DNA of 64,000 nucleotides from Minisyncoccota bacterium (GTDB lineage Bacteria > Patescibacteriota > Minisyncoccia > Phycocordibacterales > Zambryskibacteraceae): NCBI GenBank assembly GCA_025450175.1, contig JANWHY010000008.1:56289-120288 (forward strand). Reading direction: 5' to 3'. A model generated the notes under the pieces. The model was given only the letters and a program-made list of their open reading frames with translations. It was not told the DNA's origin and ran no database searches. The position numbers and the translations under genes were made by a program. Of the stretch, positions 46,276 through 56,458 are shown piece after piece (position 1 is the stretch's first letter; each line of letters opens with the position of its first letter).

Positions 46276-47727
46276 ATGAAGAATTACACTAAAGGATATT
46301 TATTGATTCAGGTTCTTGTCTTCGGTGCTATCGCTATTGTGGTGATCACTGGGTTGATTGCTTACGCTGGTGCCAATATTAAGCTAGGCCGACGCGTGGT
46401 CTTGTCCGAACAAGCTTTCCAGATGGCTGAGGCAGGACTTGAGTATTATCGCTGGCACTTAGCTCACAATCCCACAGACTACACAGATGGGACCGGCCAA
46501 CCAGGGCCCTATGTAAAACAGTTTAGAGATAAAAATGGCGTACTTCTTGGCACCTTTACTCTTACCATAACCCAACCAGTAATAGGCTCAAGCTTAGTAC
46601 TAATACAGTCTAAGGGCGTCCCTGCAGCTGACCCAACGGTCAAGAGAACTCTCGTTACGAAGTTGGCTATTCCTTCCTTTGCTAACTATGCCTTCGTCAC
46701 TGAGGCGGCCATGCGCTTCGGCTCTGGTACAGAAGTCTTTGGGCCGATACACTCGAATAGCGGTATACGCTTCGACGGTCTAGCACACAATCTTGTCACT
46801 AGCTCTCTCTTCGCTTATGACGATCCAGATCACTCAGGCAACAACGAGTTTGGCGTCCATACTCACGTCAATGCTCCTCCCGGTAGTGGCACTACGGACA
46901 GCTTCCGTTCTCTAGAAGCTCCGTCCAATCCGGTACAGATCAGGCAAGACGTCTTCATGGCTGGGCGCTCCTTCCCTGCACCGACTGTAAACTTCGCCGA
47001 TATCCAGACAGATCTCAATCAGATGAAGATTGATGCTCAAGCTAGTGGTCGTTACTTCGCCGCCTCTGGAGCTCAGGGTTATAGAGTTGTTTTGAAAACA
47101 AATGACACCTTCGATCTCTATCGTGTTAACACTTTGCAAAGTGTGCCAGGAGGTTGCGACGCTTCCTCTGGTCAGTCTGGGTGGGGGTCTTGGAGTACTA
47201 ATGGAGTAACTCTGCTTGGTAACTATCCCTTCCCAGTTAATGGTCTTGTCTTCCTTGCTGACCACACGTGGGTGGAAGGTACTATCAATACAGCAAGGCT
47301 CACCATCGTAGCAGCTCGTCTGCCAGACGATAATACGAGCTTACGCAAATCTATTACTGTAAATGCTGATGTTCGCTACACCAACTACGACGGTACTGAT
47401 GCTCTCGCGCTCATCGCCCAAAACAATATTAATGTCGGCATGAACAGCGCTAATACTCTTAGGATCGATGCCGCCGTGATCGCTCAGTATGGTCGAGTCG
47501 GTAGGTATTACTACGAAGATGATTGTAGTCCTTATGACACACGCAACACTATTACCTTGTACGGGACACTTATCACCGACCAGCGTTACGGCTTCGCCTA
47601 TACCGATGGCAGCGGCTACCAGACTCGTAACCTCATCTATGACTCCTTCCTGCTCTATAGCCCCCCACCATACTTTCCTAAGACAGGGGACTACCACGAA
47701 GTTATTTACTGGAAGGAGATAGACTAG
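46276..47727 (+). CDS. PilX-like minor pilin with large C-terminal beta domain
   Basis: KG|YLLIQVL (no E5), QAFQMAEAGLEY, GPIHSN, PPPYFP, WKE end. Confidence 0.8.
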   Translation: MKNYTKGYLLIQVLVFGAIAIVVITGLIAYAGANIKLGRRVVLSEQAFQMAEAGLEYYRWHLAHNPTDYTDGTGQPGPYVKQFRDKNGVLLGTFTLTITQPVIGSSLVLIQSKGVPAADPTVKRTLVTKLAIPSFANYAFVTEAAMRFGSGTEVFGPIHSNSGIRFDGLAHNLVTSSLFAYDDPDHSGNNEFGVHTHVNAPPGSGTTDSFRSLEAPSNPVQIRQDVFMAGRSFPAPTVNFADIQTDLNQMKIDAQASGRYFAASGAQGYRVVLKTNDTFDLYRVNTLQSVPGGCDASSGQSGWGSWSTNGVTLLGNYPFPVNGLVFLADHTWVEGTINTARLTIVAARLPDDNTSLRKSITVNADVRYTNYDGTDALALIAQNNINVGMNSANTLRIDAAVIAQYGRVGRYYYEDDCSPYDTRNTITLYGTLITDQRYGFAYTDGSGYQTRNLIYDSFLLYSPPPYFPKTGDYHEVIYWKEID

Positions 47728-47749
47728 GCCCGTCTGATATAATAGGTCA

Positions 47750-48511
47750 ATGGCAAAACCTATACTGGTAGCAAACTGGAAGAACCATCCGAAGTCCTTA
47801 AGAGAAGCAGGTATTATTCTAAAAGGTTTAGGGAGAAGTGCCCCTTTGTATAAGAGGTTAGCCACTTTTATCGCCGTACCCTTCCCATATCTTGACCTCG
47901 TTCTAACTAAGGCACGAAGATTTGCTAGTGTCGCAAGTCAGAACATGGCTCCAGTTCTTCAAGGCACTCACACCGGTGTTGTTACACCGGATATCTTGAA
48001 GAGCTTTGGTACCAAGCTTACAATCCTGGGGCATAGCGAGCTCCGAGCTTTGGGTGAGACAGACGCGGCGGTAAGCGAGAAAGTGCGTATGGCTATCCGC
48101 TCCGGGATCTTGCCTCTGGTATGTGTGGGGGAAAGAGCGGTAGAGGAGGATGGATCCCACTTTGAGTTTGTGCGGCAACAGCTCAAGGCCTCGCTTGCTG
48201 GTTTACGCAAGGCCGATGCCAATCGTCTTATGATTGCTTATGAGCCTATCTGGGCTATCGGGAAACACGCAAGCGATGCTCTGAAGCCCGAGAACTTATC
48301 GGAATCAATAATATTTATAAGAAAAGTTCTGGTAGAAATTTTTGGCAGAACTCTCGCTGAGAAAGTACCTATCCTCTATGGCGGCTCTGTCGAGCCAGCG
48401 GGGGTCGAGGCTCTATGGAAAGTAGGGAAGGTCCAAGGATTTTTAGTAGGTCATGCTTCACTTAGACCAAACGACTTTAAGGCTATTGCCCAAGCACTTT
48501 TATCGAAATGA
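47750..48511 (+). CDS. tpiA: triosephosphate isomerase
   Basis: ANWK, GHSE, AYEPIWAIG, YGGSV, LVGHASL. Confidence 0.95.
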   Translation: MAKPILVANWKNHPKSLREAGIILKGLGRSAPLYKRLATFIAVPFPYLDLVLTKARRFASVASQNMAPVLQGTHTGVVTPDILKSFGTKLTILGHSELRALGETDAAVSEKVRMAIRSGILPLVCVGERAVEEDGSHFEFVRQQLKASLAGLRKADANRLMIAYEPIWAIGKHASDALKPENLSESIIFIRKVLVEIFGRTLAEKVPILYGGSVEPAGVEALWKVGKVQGFLVGHASLRPNDFKAIAQALLSK

Positions 48512-49530
48512 GACCAATTACCGAGGAAAAAAATCTAAAAGATAAGAAGGTACTCGTCCGCGTGGATTGGAGTGTACCTATGGAAGATGGCGCGCTCAGA
48601 AATACTTACCAGATCGATCAATCTCTCTCCACTATCCGCCATCTTAGAGATGCGGGGGCGAAGGTTGTGATACTAAGTCACGCCGAGAATGATACCGACA
48701 CCCTTCTCCCAGTCTATAGATATGTAAATGGTCTTATCCCGATGACTTTCAAGGAGCCGAGTGACTTGGTGCTCATGGATAATCTAAGGAAAGATCCTCG
48801 GGAAAAAGATAATGATCCGGAGTTTGCCAAAGAGTTGGCCAAACTCGGAGAAATCTTTGTAAACGAAGCTTTCCCAGTCTCGCACCGAGAGCATACATCT
48901 ATTGTGGGGTTGCCTAAACTTCTACCAAGCTTTGTTGGTATTGAGTTTGCCCGCGAGATCGAGAATCTCTCTAAGGCCTTTTATCCTAAGAGACCCTTTC
49001 TTTTTATCCTCGGTGGAGCAAAGTTTGAGACCAAGATGCCTCTCTTAGAAAAATTTGTAGACATTGCCGATGAGATCTTCGTGGGGGGAGCGCTTGCCAA
49101 TGACTTCTTCAGAGCTCAGGGCAAGAACGTGGGAAAGTCTGTAATAAGCGGAAAGAATTTCGATCTAACAAAGATTTTTAACTCAGGAAAAATTTTATTA
49201 CCAGAAGATACTATCGAGATGAACGATATGATCCTTGATATGGGGCCACGCTCCTTGGAGGCACTGAAGGCCAAGATTAATGGAGCCAACTTGATTATCT
49301 GGAATGGTCCCTTGGGTCACTATGAGCGAGGTTACAAGGTCTCAACTCTCGAGACTGCCCAAGCCATGGCCAATTCTGGCAAGGAAAGTATCGTAGGTGG
49401 GGGAGATACGCTCGCGGCTGTAGCCGAACTTAAGCTCTTTGATAAATTTACCTTCGTTTCTACCGGTGGCGGCGCCATGCTCGACTTTCTCTCCTCCGGA
49501 ACGTTAGTGGGTATTGAGGCGCTTAAATAA
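48508..49530 (+). CDS. pgk: phosphoglycerate kinase (short, 340 aa)
   Basis: VLVRVDW, LSH, NEAFPVSHR, GGAK, WNGP, GGGDT, STGGGA. Confidence 0.93.
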   Translation: MRPITEEKNLKDKKVLVRVDWSVPMEDGALRNTYQIDQSLSTIRHLRDAGAKVVILSHAENDTDTLLPVYRYVNGLIPMTFKEPSDLVLMDNLRKDPREKDNDPEFAKELAKLGEIFVNEAFPVSHREHTSIVGLPKLLPSFVGIEFAREIENLSKAFYPKRPFLFILGGAKFETKMPLLEKFVDIADEIFVGGALANDFFRAQGKNVGKSVISGKNFDLTKIFNSGKILLPEDTIEMNDMILDMGPRSLEALKAKINGANLIIWNGPLGHYERGYKVSTLETAQAMANSGKESIVGGGDTLAAVAELKLFDKFTFVSTGGGAMLDFLSSGTLVGIEALK

Positions 49531-49888
49531 ACTTCTTTATCTTCTCTACATTTCCCTCAAAATCTTTTGGATCTCCAACAACTTTATTATTTGGAAACAC
49601 CCATATGTGGGCGTGTTCTACTTCATCCCCAATAATTTTGGAAAGAATAAAATCAGTATCAAAAGCCTTTTCTTGTGCCAAGGCAATTTTCTTCACTACT
49701 TCGAAGTATTCTCCCACATTTGGTGTGTCCCAGACCCATCTGTAATGTGCCTTAGGTATGACTTGCGTATGGCCAGGAGATTGGGGGTGGATATCTAAGA
49801 AAGCAAGAAAGTTTTCATCCTCATAAACTTTGTAAGAAGGAATATCGCCCTTAATAATTTTACAAAAAATGCAGTCAGAATTGTTCAT
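49523..49888 (-). CDS. HIT family nucleotide hydrolase
   Basis: CIFCKII, FLDIHP, GHT, HAHIW (third His of the triad replaced). Confidence 0.9.
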   Translation of the reverse strand: MNNSDCIFCKIIKGDIPSYKVYEDENFLAFLDIHPQSPGHTQVIPKAHYRWVWDTPNVGEYFEVVKKIALAQEKAFDTDFILSKIIGDEVEHAHIWVFPNNKVVGDPKDFEGNVEKIKKFI

Positions 49889-49890
49889 AC

Positions 49891-50868
49891 TTAGTACGAT
49901 CTCTCTAAGATTAGCTGACCAAGATTGTCGAAAAGCTTTACTGTCTCATAATCTTCTGCCCACATCTCCCAACCTCTACCAAGGAAAACTCTCCAAGTAT
50001 CTAGAGAGAAGTTCGGGTCAGAAGCATGATAAGCAATGCAGCCATTGTAGCTGAAATGAGCTTTTACGAAGGCAAGACAGGCACTTGAGACGGGCTTCCT
50101 GTCAACGCAATTGGTGCAAACATTCCCGTTTTGATCACGAGTATCAAACTCTGGGATGTGGCAACTACTTAGGCGGTCTATCACATCGCGACAGGCTGTA
50201 TCTAGACTCGCGACTCCGAGCTCATCTTCGGGCATTGGACATTGGCGAGAGAGGGATGGGGTGAAGTTATACTCTGGCAAATCTTCTAGATAGCCAGTGC
50301 AAATATTTTCCTTGAAGCTTGCGAAGTGATAGCGCGAGTCGGATGGCGGTAAACCAGTGGTGATAATAGCCGTCTCTCCGGGCTTAAGTATAATATTTTG
50401 TAATTGATTATTGGTAGAAGGGGATATGGTACGTATGCCCCGAGGTATGAAAGCTGTTTCAGCTGGGAAAAATTTTAAAGAATCACCACCAGTATTGTAG
50501 CCCCTGGTATCTCGACCATTCTTAAGTTGCCAGCCAGTGATATTGAGAGAAGTCTCACCTCTGTTTTCGAGAGTGATGTACTCTTCATATGGCTGGATAG
50601 CGTACTCGGCGTTACCTCGGCCCAAAGTTACGTCGCGGCTGTATGAGCTTACTGCCTGGCTTCCTATCTTGGTCAACTCGCTCTTATCGCTATATGAGGA
50701 AGAGGAGTTATTGTTATAAAGACTTGTTTTATCTGGGTTTGATCTGCCTCCCATGAGTACAATCACAATCAAAACAGCCAAAATCACTACCGCATCCATG
50801 TTGCCAGCACCTCTATTCATGGTTCGATTGCACTCACCATGACCCTGAGGTTTTATCGAATGGGTCAT
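49891..50868 (-). CDS. membrane-anchored lamin-tail-domain protein with Cys-rich insert
   Basis: EYITLEN..LNITGWQL, LFDNLG; several Cys. Confidence 0.7.
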   Translation of the reverse strand: MTHSIKPQGHGECNRTMNRGAGNMDAVVILAVLIVIVLMGGRSNPDKTSLYNNNSSSSYSDKSELTKIGSQAVSSYSRDVTLGRGNAEYAIQPYEEYITLENRGETSLNITGWQLKNGRDTRGYNTGGDSLKFFPAETAFIPRGIRTISPSTNNQLQNIILKPGETAIITTGLPPSDSRYHFASFKENICTGYLEDLPEYNFTPSLSRQCPMPEDELGVASLDTACRDVIDRLSSCHIPEFDTRDQNGNVCTNCVDRKPVSSACLAFVKAHFSYNGCIAYHASDPNFSLDTWRVFLGRGWEMWAEDYETVKLFDNLGQLILERSY

Positions 50869-50904
50869 AAGTCTATCTTATAGCCTGTGTTAAAATACTC
50901 AAAT

Positions 50905-52527
50905 ATGTATCCCGAGCTATTGGAATCTCTTTTTGCCGCACGCGGTATCTCGAGAGATGAGCAAAACGATTTTCTTAACCCTGACTACAGTAAGCTCCAC
51001 GATCCGAGCCTTCTTCCCGATATTGAAAAGGCTAGCGACAGAGTCATTGCCGCTATGGCTAAGGGTGAGCACATTACCGTCTTCTCCGACTATGATGCTG
51101 ATGGGATCCCAGGAGCGGTAGTGCTCTCGGACTTCTTCCGTCGCGCTTGCTACGACAATATCTCTTTTTACATCCCACACCGACATAACGAAGGTTTCGG
51201 TCTCAACCTCACCGCGATAGAAGAGTGTTCTAGTCGTTCTACCAAACTTCTTATCACTGTAGATTGTGGTGTCTCGGATATAGAAGAAGTGAAGGCTGCC
51301 AATGATGCGGGGATAGACGTTATCATCACCGACCATCATGAGCCGTCTCTTCTAGGTTTGCCACCTGCCTATGCGGTTGTGAATCCCAATAGACCGGATT
51401 CCAAATATCCCTTCCATGGGCTCTGTGGCTCGGCAGTGGTCTTCAAGCTAGTGCAAGCGATTCTTACCAAAGAATCTTTTGGCATTAAACCAGGGCTCGA
51501 GAAGTGGTCACTGGACATGGTCTCGATCGCGACTCTCTCAGACATGGTGCCCTTGGTAGGGGAGAACAGGATCCTCTCGCGCTTCGGCCTAGAAGTATTA
51601 CGTAAGTCTCCTCGCCCTGGTATAAGAGCCTTATTAAGAAGGTTGAATATTGAGCAGAAGAATCTGACCGAAGACGATATCACCTTCATGATCACTCCGC
51701 GCATCAACGCCGCCTCGCGGATGGGAGTACCCGAAGACGCCTTCAACCTCTTGAGAACAGAAGACCAGCTCGAGGCCGAGAGATTAGCCCTTCACCTAGA
51801 GAAGATTAACAATATGAGGAAGGGCGTGGTGGCTGGGATTGTAAAAGAAGCTAAGGGAGAGTTAGCGAAGAGGGAAAAGATTGCTGAGGTCATAGTGATC
51901 GGCAACCCTGAGTGGCGCCCAGCACTCTTGGGACTCGTGGCCAATAGTCTTGTAGAAGAGTATGAGCGACCAGCCTTCGTCTGGGGGAGAGATGGCGATG
52001 GTATGCTCAAGGGCTCGTGCCGCTCTTACAATGGCTATGACTTGTTCCTTCTTATGAATGCGGTTTCGGATACTCTGCTTGAGTTCGGGGGACATAAGGG
52101 GGCGGGAGGGTTCTCCATCACTTTAGAGCAGTTAACAGTCCTAGAAGAGAAGCTCTCAGAAGCTCTTAAGACTCTCTCTAGTGAGGAAGCAAAAGTGGAA
52201 AACAATTTGAGTATAAGTTTGTCTGATATTGGAGAGAGCTTGTGGGGAGTAGTATCTCAGTTTGCCCCATTTGGTATGGGTAACGAGAAGCCCGTCTTCA
52301 AAATCTCAAACGCTCCTATCAAGAGCGTCCGCCAGTTTGGCAAAGCCAATGAACATTTAGAAGTAACTCTCGCCCCCAACATTAAGGCCATCTCTTTCTT
52401 TTCCTCTCCTACTACTTACTCTTTACTACCCACTGCCAACTCTTGTACCCTTCTTGCCAACCTAGAGAAGTCCTACTTCCGCAACCGCCCAGAACTACGT
52501 TTAAGAATTGTTGGTATAGAGCCATGA
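50905..52527 (+). CDS. recJ: ssDNA exonuclease RecJ
   Basis: DYDADG, TVDCG, TDHH, PRINAASR, GSCRS, GGHKGAGG, PFGMGN. Confidence 0.95.
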   Translation: MYPELLESLFAARGISRDEQNDFLNPDYSKLHDPSLLPDIEKASDRVIAAMAKGEHITVFSDYDADGIPGAVVLSDFFRRACYDNISFYIPHRHNEGFGLNLTAIEECSSRSTKLLITVDCGVSDIEEVKAANDAGIDVIITDHHEPSLLGLPPAYAVVNPNRPDSKYPFHGLCGSAVVFKLVQAILTKESFGIKPGLEKWSLDMVSIATLSDMVPLVGENRILSRFGLEVLRKSPRPGIRALLRRLNIEQKNLTEDDITFMITPRINAASRMGVPEDAFNLLRTEDQLEAERLALHLEKINNMRKGVVAGIVKEAKGELAKREKIAEVIVIGNPEWRPALLGLVANSLVEEYERPAFVWGRDGDGMLKGSCRSYNGYDLFLLMNAVSDTLLEFGGHKGAGGFSITLEQLTVLEEKLSEALKTLSSEEAKVENNLSISLSDIGESLWGVVSQFAPFGMGNEKPVFKISNAPIKSVRQFGKANEHLEVTLAPNIKAISFFSSPTTYSLLPTANSCTLLANLEKSYFRNRPELRLRIVGIEP

Positions 52528-52985
52528 TCATTATTTATACAGATGGATCTTCAAGAGGAAACCCGGGACCGGGAGGGTGGGCGGGGATTGTTATAGATGA
52601 TAAAAAAGTTAAAGAGATCGGTGGTAGAGAGGATCATACAACAAATAACCGCATGGAGTTAACTGGCGCTATTAGGACATTAGAATCTGTTGACGAAAAA
52701 GATTTAGAAATCTATACAGACTCCGAATACGTTATGAAAGGTATGACCGAATGGGTCCATAATTGGCAGATAAAAGGATGGAGAACTGCAGCCAAGAAAG
52801 CAGTTCTAAATCAGGATCTATGGCAAGAACTTTTAAGAGTAAGTGAAGACAAAAATATTAATTGGAAGTATGTGGCTGGCCACTCTGGAGACAAGATGAA
52901 TGATAGATGCGATGAGATTGCAACGAGCTTTGCGGACGGATTAGCCCCATCCCTTTATGACGGACCGCGTAGCCAATATAAATAA
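52524..52985 (+). CDS. rnhA: ribonuclease HI
   Basis: IYTDGSSRGNPGPGG, TNNRMEL, TDSEY, NQDLW, GHSG, NDRCD. Confidence 0.96.
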   Translation: MIIIYTDGSSRGNPGPGGWAGIVIDDKKVKEIGGREDHTTNNRMELTGAIRTLESVDEKDLEIYTDSEYVMKGMTEWVHNWQIKGWRTAAKKAVLNQDLWQELLRVSEDKNINWKYVAGHSGDKMNDRCDEIATSFADGLAPSLYDGPRSQYK

Positions 52986-54447
52986 GACTCTTGTATTTAT
53001 TGTAGGGGTTCTCTTGGCAGTTTTTATCTCTTCATTCCTTTTTATCCCACCACTATTAAGTGTATTTATAATATTTGTGGGAATTTGCGTGTGGCTATGT
53101 GAGAAGATTTATAAGAAAGAGGTTTCTCAAGAAGTAATTCTGCTTTTACTCATCATTATCTCCGTCGGTTTAGGAAGTTTGCGCTATGGGGTAAAAGATT
53201 TCCACGAAGATGTCCTACCAACTCTTAATGGAATTGTGATAAGTGAACCGGCAGAGAAGGAAAACTCAACTAGATTTATTCTTCGTTCTAGTAATGGTGA
53301 GAAGATAATAGTCAGTACAGACTTATATAGCCCAGTTATGTATGGTGATGAGGTAAGGGTAGAGGGCAAGCTAGATAAACCTGGGGTTATCGAGGAGGAA
53401 GACGGTCGAACTTTCGATTATGCGAAATTCTTATCTAAGGATGATATCTACTACACTCTAAATTTTGGCAAGGTAGAAGTTGTGTCTCGTGGTCATGCCT
53501 CCAGTATAAAGCGCGGATTACTTCGGATAAAAGGAGCTTTGGTCTCGAGGATCAAGGCTATACTGCCCGAGCCAGAATCAAGCTTACTTGCCGGGCTAAT
53601 CGTGGCGGGGAAGGCGGGGATGCCTCAAGCTATTCTTGATGAGTTTAAGAGAGCGGGCGTAATCCACATAGTGGTACTCTCGGGTTACAACATTACTATT
53701 ATTGCCGACTTTATCAGGAAAATTTTTGAACAAATTTTCACCAGAGTTAAGCTTCCTCGTATGCCTCAACTAGCCGCGGGCACTTCCCTCTTCCTTATAC
53801 TCCTCTTCGTACTTGCGACTGGGGCCGAAGCTACGGTGGTTCGGGCGGCTCTTATGGTTTCTACAGTCATTGCGGCTAAACTCTTTGGTAGAAACTACTC
53901 CGCTCATCGCGCGCTCATCGCTGCAGCTTTTATCATGATACTCGTTAACCCCAAGATTCTGGTCTTCGATCCATCCTTCCAACTCTCTTTCATCGCTACT
54001 GCTTCTCTTATTTATATCTCTCCACTTATCTCGCGACTTATTAAAAGGTTGTCTGATAAGTGGGGTGTACGCTCTATGCTTGCAACCACCATTGGCACCC
54101 AGATTGGGGTGTTGCCCTTCCTTATCTACTCTATGGGGCAACTCTCGCTCGTATCTTTTCCTACCAATATTCTTATCCTTCTCGTTATCCCTTACGCCAT
54201 GCTTCTTGGCTTTGCTGCCGCGTTACTTGCCTTTGCCTCACCCATACTTGCTCTACCGATATCATATCTTACACACTTAATCTTGGCGTGGATTCTCTTT
54301 GTAGCAGAACTCTTTGGCAATCTCTCTTATGCTTCTGTTGGTGTACCTACCTTCTCCTTCTCGCTAGTGGTTCTTGCCTATATCGGACTAATTATTGCTT
54401 TGTGGCGTTTGCGTATCTACTTTCGACACTCTGCCAATTTAAGTTAG
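52957..54447 (+). CDS. comEC: ComEC/Rec2 DNA-uptake channel (OB + competence domains, no MBL domain)
   Basis: FDYAKFL, GVIHIVVLSGYN, VRAALM, DPSFQLSF. Confidence 0.92.
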   Translation: MTDRVANINKTLVFIVGVLLAVFISSFLFIPPLLSVFIIFVGICVWLCEKIYKKEVSQEVILLLLIIISVGLGSLRYGVKDFHEDVLPTLNGIVISEPAEKENSTRFILRSSNGEKIIVSTDLYSPVMYGDEVRVEGKLDKPGVIEEEDGRTFDYAKFLSKDDIYYTLNFGKVEVVSRGHASSIKRGLLRIKGALVSRIKAILPEPESSLLAGLIVAGKAGMPQAILDEFKRAGVIHIVVLSGYNITIIADFIRKIFEQIFTRVKLPRMPQLAAGTSLFLILLFVLATGAEATVVRAALMVSTVIAAKLFGRNYSAHRALIAAAFIMILVNPKILVFDPSFQLSFIATASLIYISPLISRLIKRLSDKWGVRSMLATTIGTQIGVLPFLIYSMGQLSLVSFPTNILILLVIPYAMLLGFAAALLAFASPILALPISYLTHLILAWILFVAELFGNLSYASVGVPTFSFSLVVLAYIGLIIALWRLRIYFRHSANLS

Positions 54448-54994
54448 AGAAAAAGTCTTCGACGTACTGCTTCTTACCCGAAGGTTGGTAGTCTGCTACA
54501 TAAGAGTGCTCCCACATATCCAGAGCAAGTATAGGGATACATTGAGAGAGTTGGCCAAGGTGTTGCTCGTCTACCCAATAATTCAAAAGCCTATCAGAGA
54601 CCTTGTCGTATCCTAATATTGCCCAACCTATGCCCCGAGTAAGAGCAATGGCTTTAAATCTATTGAGCCAGAATTCATATGATGGCCATTCTTCATTACC
54701 TTTCTGTCCTAAGGGGCCACTCGAGTTTACTGCTTGAGGCCCACCCTCAAAATGTGAGAAATAAATTTCGTGATTTCTCATACCGTTGAACTCGAAGGAA
54801 AAGCGGCGCTGTATCTCGCCCAGAGCATATGCATTCGACTCAGAATCTTTAGCGTATTCATCAATTTTCGCGAGGATGGTGTTAGCGTTCTTCACATACC
54901 CGCTATAGAGCTTGAGGTGTTCCTCAATAGTTTTCTCTGAGATGCCCTTAAGTGCGGGTATATTAAACTTCTTTTCTTCGAATTGTGTAGCCAT
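54392..54994 (-). CDS. sod: Fe/Mn superoxide dismutase
   Basis: EH..Y.GYV, NHEIYF, GIGW, LDMWEHSY. Confidence 0.9.
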   Translation of the reverse strand: MATQFEEKKFNIPALKGISEKTIEEHLKLYSGYVKNANTILAKIDEYAKDSESNAYALGEIQRRFSFEFNGMRNHEIYFSHFEGGPQAVNSSGPLGQKGNEEWPSYEFWLNRFKAIALTRGIGWAILGYDKVSDRLLNYWVDEQHLGQLSQCIPILALDMWEHSYVADYQPSGKKQYVEDFFSNLNWQSVESRYANATKQ

Positions 54995-55017
54995 AAAGGA
55001 ATTATAATATAAATATT

Positions 55018-55875
55018 ATGAAGTTTGTAAAAAGATACTTCCGCGAGCTTATAGTGGCAGGACTGATTCTTGCCAATATCTTTGTCTTCCTCGCTATGCA
55101 CGCTAGGGGGGCGAGTGGGCTCTTGCGGGTCTACTTTCTAGATATTGGTCAGGGTGATGCCATCTTTATCGACTCACCGACTCACGGCCGTATGCTGATA
55201 GATGGTGGGAAGAATAGGAAAGTGGTAAGTGAGTTAGGCTCAATCCTGCCTTTTGCTGACAATAGAATCGATCTTGTGCTTGCCACGCATCCAGATGCCG
55301 ACCATATTGGAGGGTTACCAGAAGTCTTCGCTCGATACGATGTTTCTGCCTATCTTTATCCTGGAGTGAGATCAGAAAATAATATAGATGAGGAATTAGA
55401 TAAAAGGGTAGAGGCAGAGGGGGCAACAAAAGTGCTTGCCAGGCGTGGTATGGTTGTAAACTTTGGGGACGGAGCGAAGCTTGAAATCCTCTTTCCAAAT
55501 CAAGACGTTAATAATTGGGAGACCAATAGAGCCTCAGTGGTAGCAAAACTTGTTTATGGTGAGAAATCCTTTCTACTAACCGGCGACTCTCCCATAGATA
55601 TAGAAAATGTTTTAGTGCGACTCGATAAAGCAGATCTTGATATAGATGTGCTAAAGGCTGGTCATCATGGGTCTCGTACCTCTACTTCACTTGCCTTTGC
55701 CGAAGCTACGAGTCCAGAATATGCCGTGATCTCAGCTGGTAAGGACAATACATATGGCCATCCACACAAAGAAGTTTTAGATATTTTGAAAAAAGTAGGG
55801 GCAAAAGTTGTAAGCACTATAGATATGGGGACCATCGAGTTTGAAACAGATGGGAAGATTTTGGAAATGAGATAA
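55018..55875 (+). CDS. stand-alone ComEC-type metallo-beta-lactamase-fold protein
   Basis: LDIGQGDA, THPDADHIGG, LTGD, KAGHHGS, NTYGHPH; N-terminal TM. Confidence 0.9.
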   Translation: MKFVKRYFRELIVAGLILANIFVFLAMHARGASGLLRVYFLDIGQGDAIFIDSPTHGRMLIDGGKNRKVVSELGSILPFADNRIDLVLATHPDADHIGGLPEVFARYDVSAYLYPGVRSENNIDEELDKRVEAEGATKVLARRGMVVNFGDGAKLEILFPNQDVNNWETNRASVVAKLVYGEKSFLLTGDSPIDIENVLVRLDKADLDIDVLKAGHHGSRTSTSLAFAEATSPEYAVISAGKDNTYGHPHKEVLDILKKVGAKVVSTIDMGTIEFETDGKILEMR

Positions 55876-55878
55876 GTG

Positions 55879-55905
55879 AAGGCCCCCGCGTAGCGGGGGC
55901 CTTTC
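55879..55905. terminator. intrinsic terminator
   Basis: AAGGCCCCCGC-GTA-GCGGGGGCCTTT. Confidence 0.85.
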
Positions 55906-55907
55906 GC

Positions 55908-56141
55908 TCAGTCTTTCGGGAATACCAGCCTCTCAAGTGAGGTTCGGTCTCCGGGATGTCGCCGCCTGATTGCGAGATAGCCTGTCGAGCAGATGATTGT
56001 TCCGATGATAATTAGCGAGCCTCCTGTCCCCGCCATGTTGGTGAATAGGTCCACCCCTTTTATGGCATGCAGTACCAATCCAGCAGCTGTTAGAGCGATA
56101 CCGCTACCAATGAGTGTGGTGCCACTCAGTATTAACATCAT
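55908..56141 (-). CDS. small two-TM hypothetical protein
   Basis: two hydrophobic helices and a basic tail; ends at a terminator. Confidence 0.5.
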   Translation of the reverse strand: MMLILSGTTLIGSGIALTAAGLVLHAIKGVDLFTNMAGTGGSLIIIGTIICSTGYLAIRRRHPGDRTSLERLVFPKD

Positions 56142-56195
56142 GGAATACCCCCAGTCCTCAGTGATTATGGGCGCTTAATAAACTTCCGTCAATTT

Positions 56196-56438
56196 TTAAA
56201 TAATCCCAGCTTTTTTCAACACAGAGTGGGCGCCGCGCTTGGCGATGGTCTTCCAGGCGCTAGTAGAGAGGGTGAGGGTGAGAGTCTTCTTGAGCTCGGG
56301 GACATAGACCCGCTTCTTCTGTAAGTTTGGGTACTTCCTTACAAACCCAGTGGGGTTGAATTGGGTAGCACGAGTTCTATTAGAATAGCCCCCGCCGACG
56401 CGAGAGCCCTTCTTGGTCACTTCACAAATCTTTGCCAT
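56196..56438 (-). CDS. rpmB: 50S ribosomal protein L28
   Basis: MAKICEVTKK..GGGYSN...PNLQKKR. Confidence 0.9.
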   Translation of the reverse strand: MAKICEVTKKGSRVGGGYSNRTRATQFNPTGFVRKYPNLQKKRVYVPELKKTLTLTLSTSAWKTIAKRGAHSVLKKAGII

Positions 56439-56458
56439 AGTTGCGATATACTACCACC

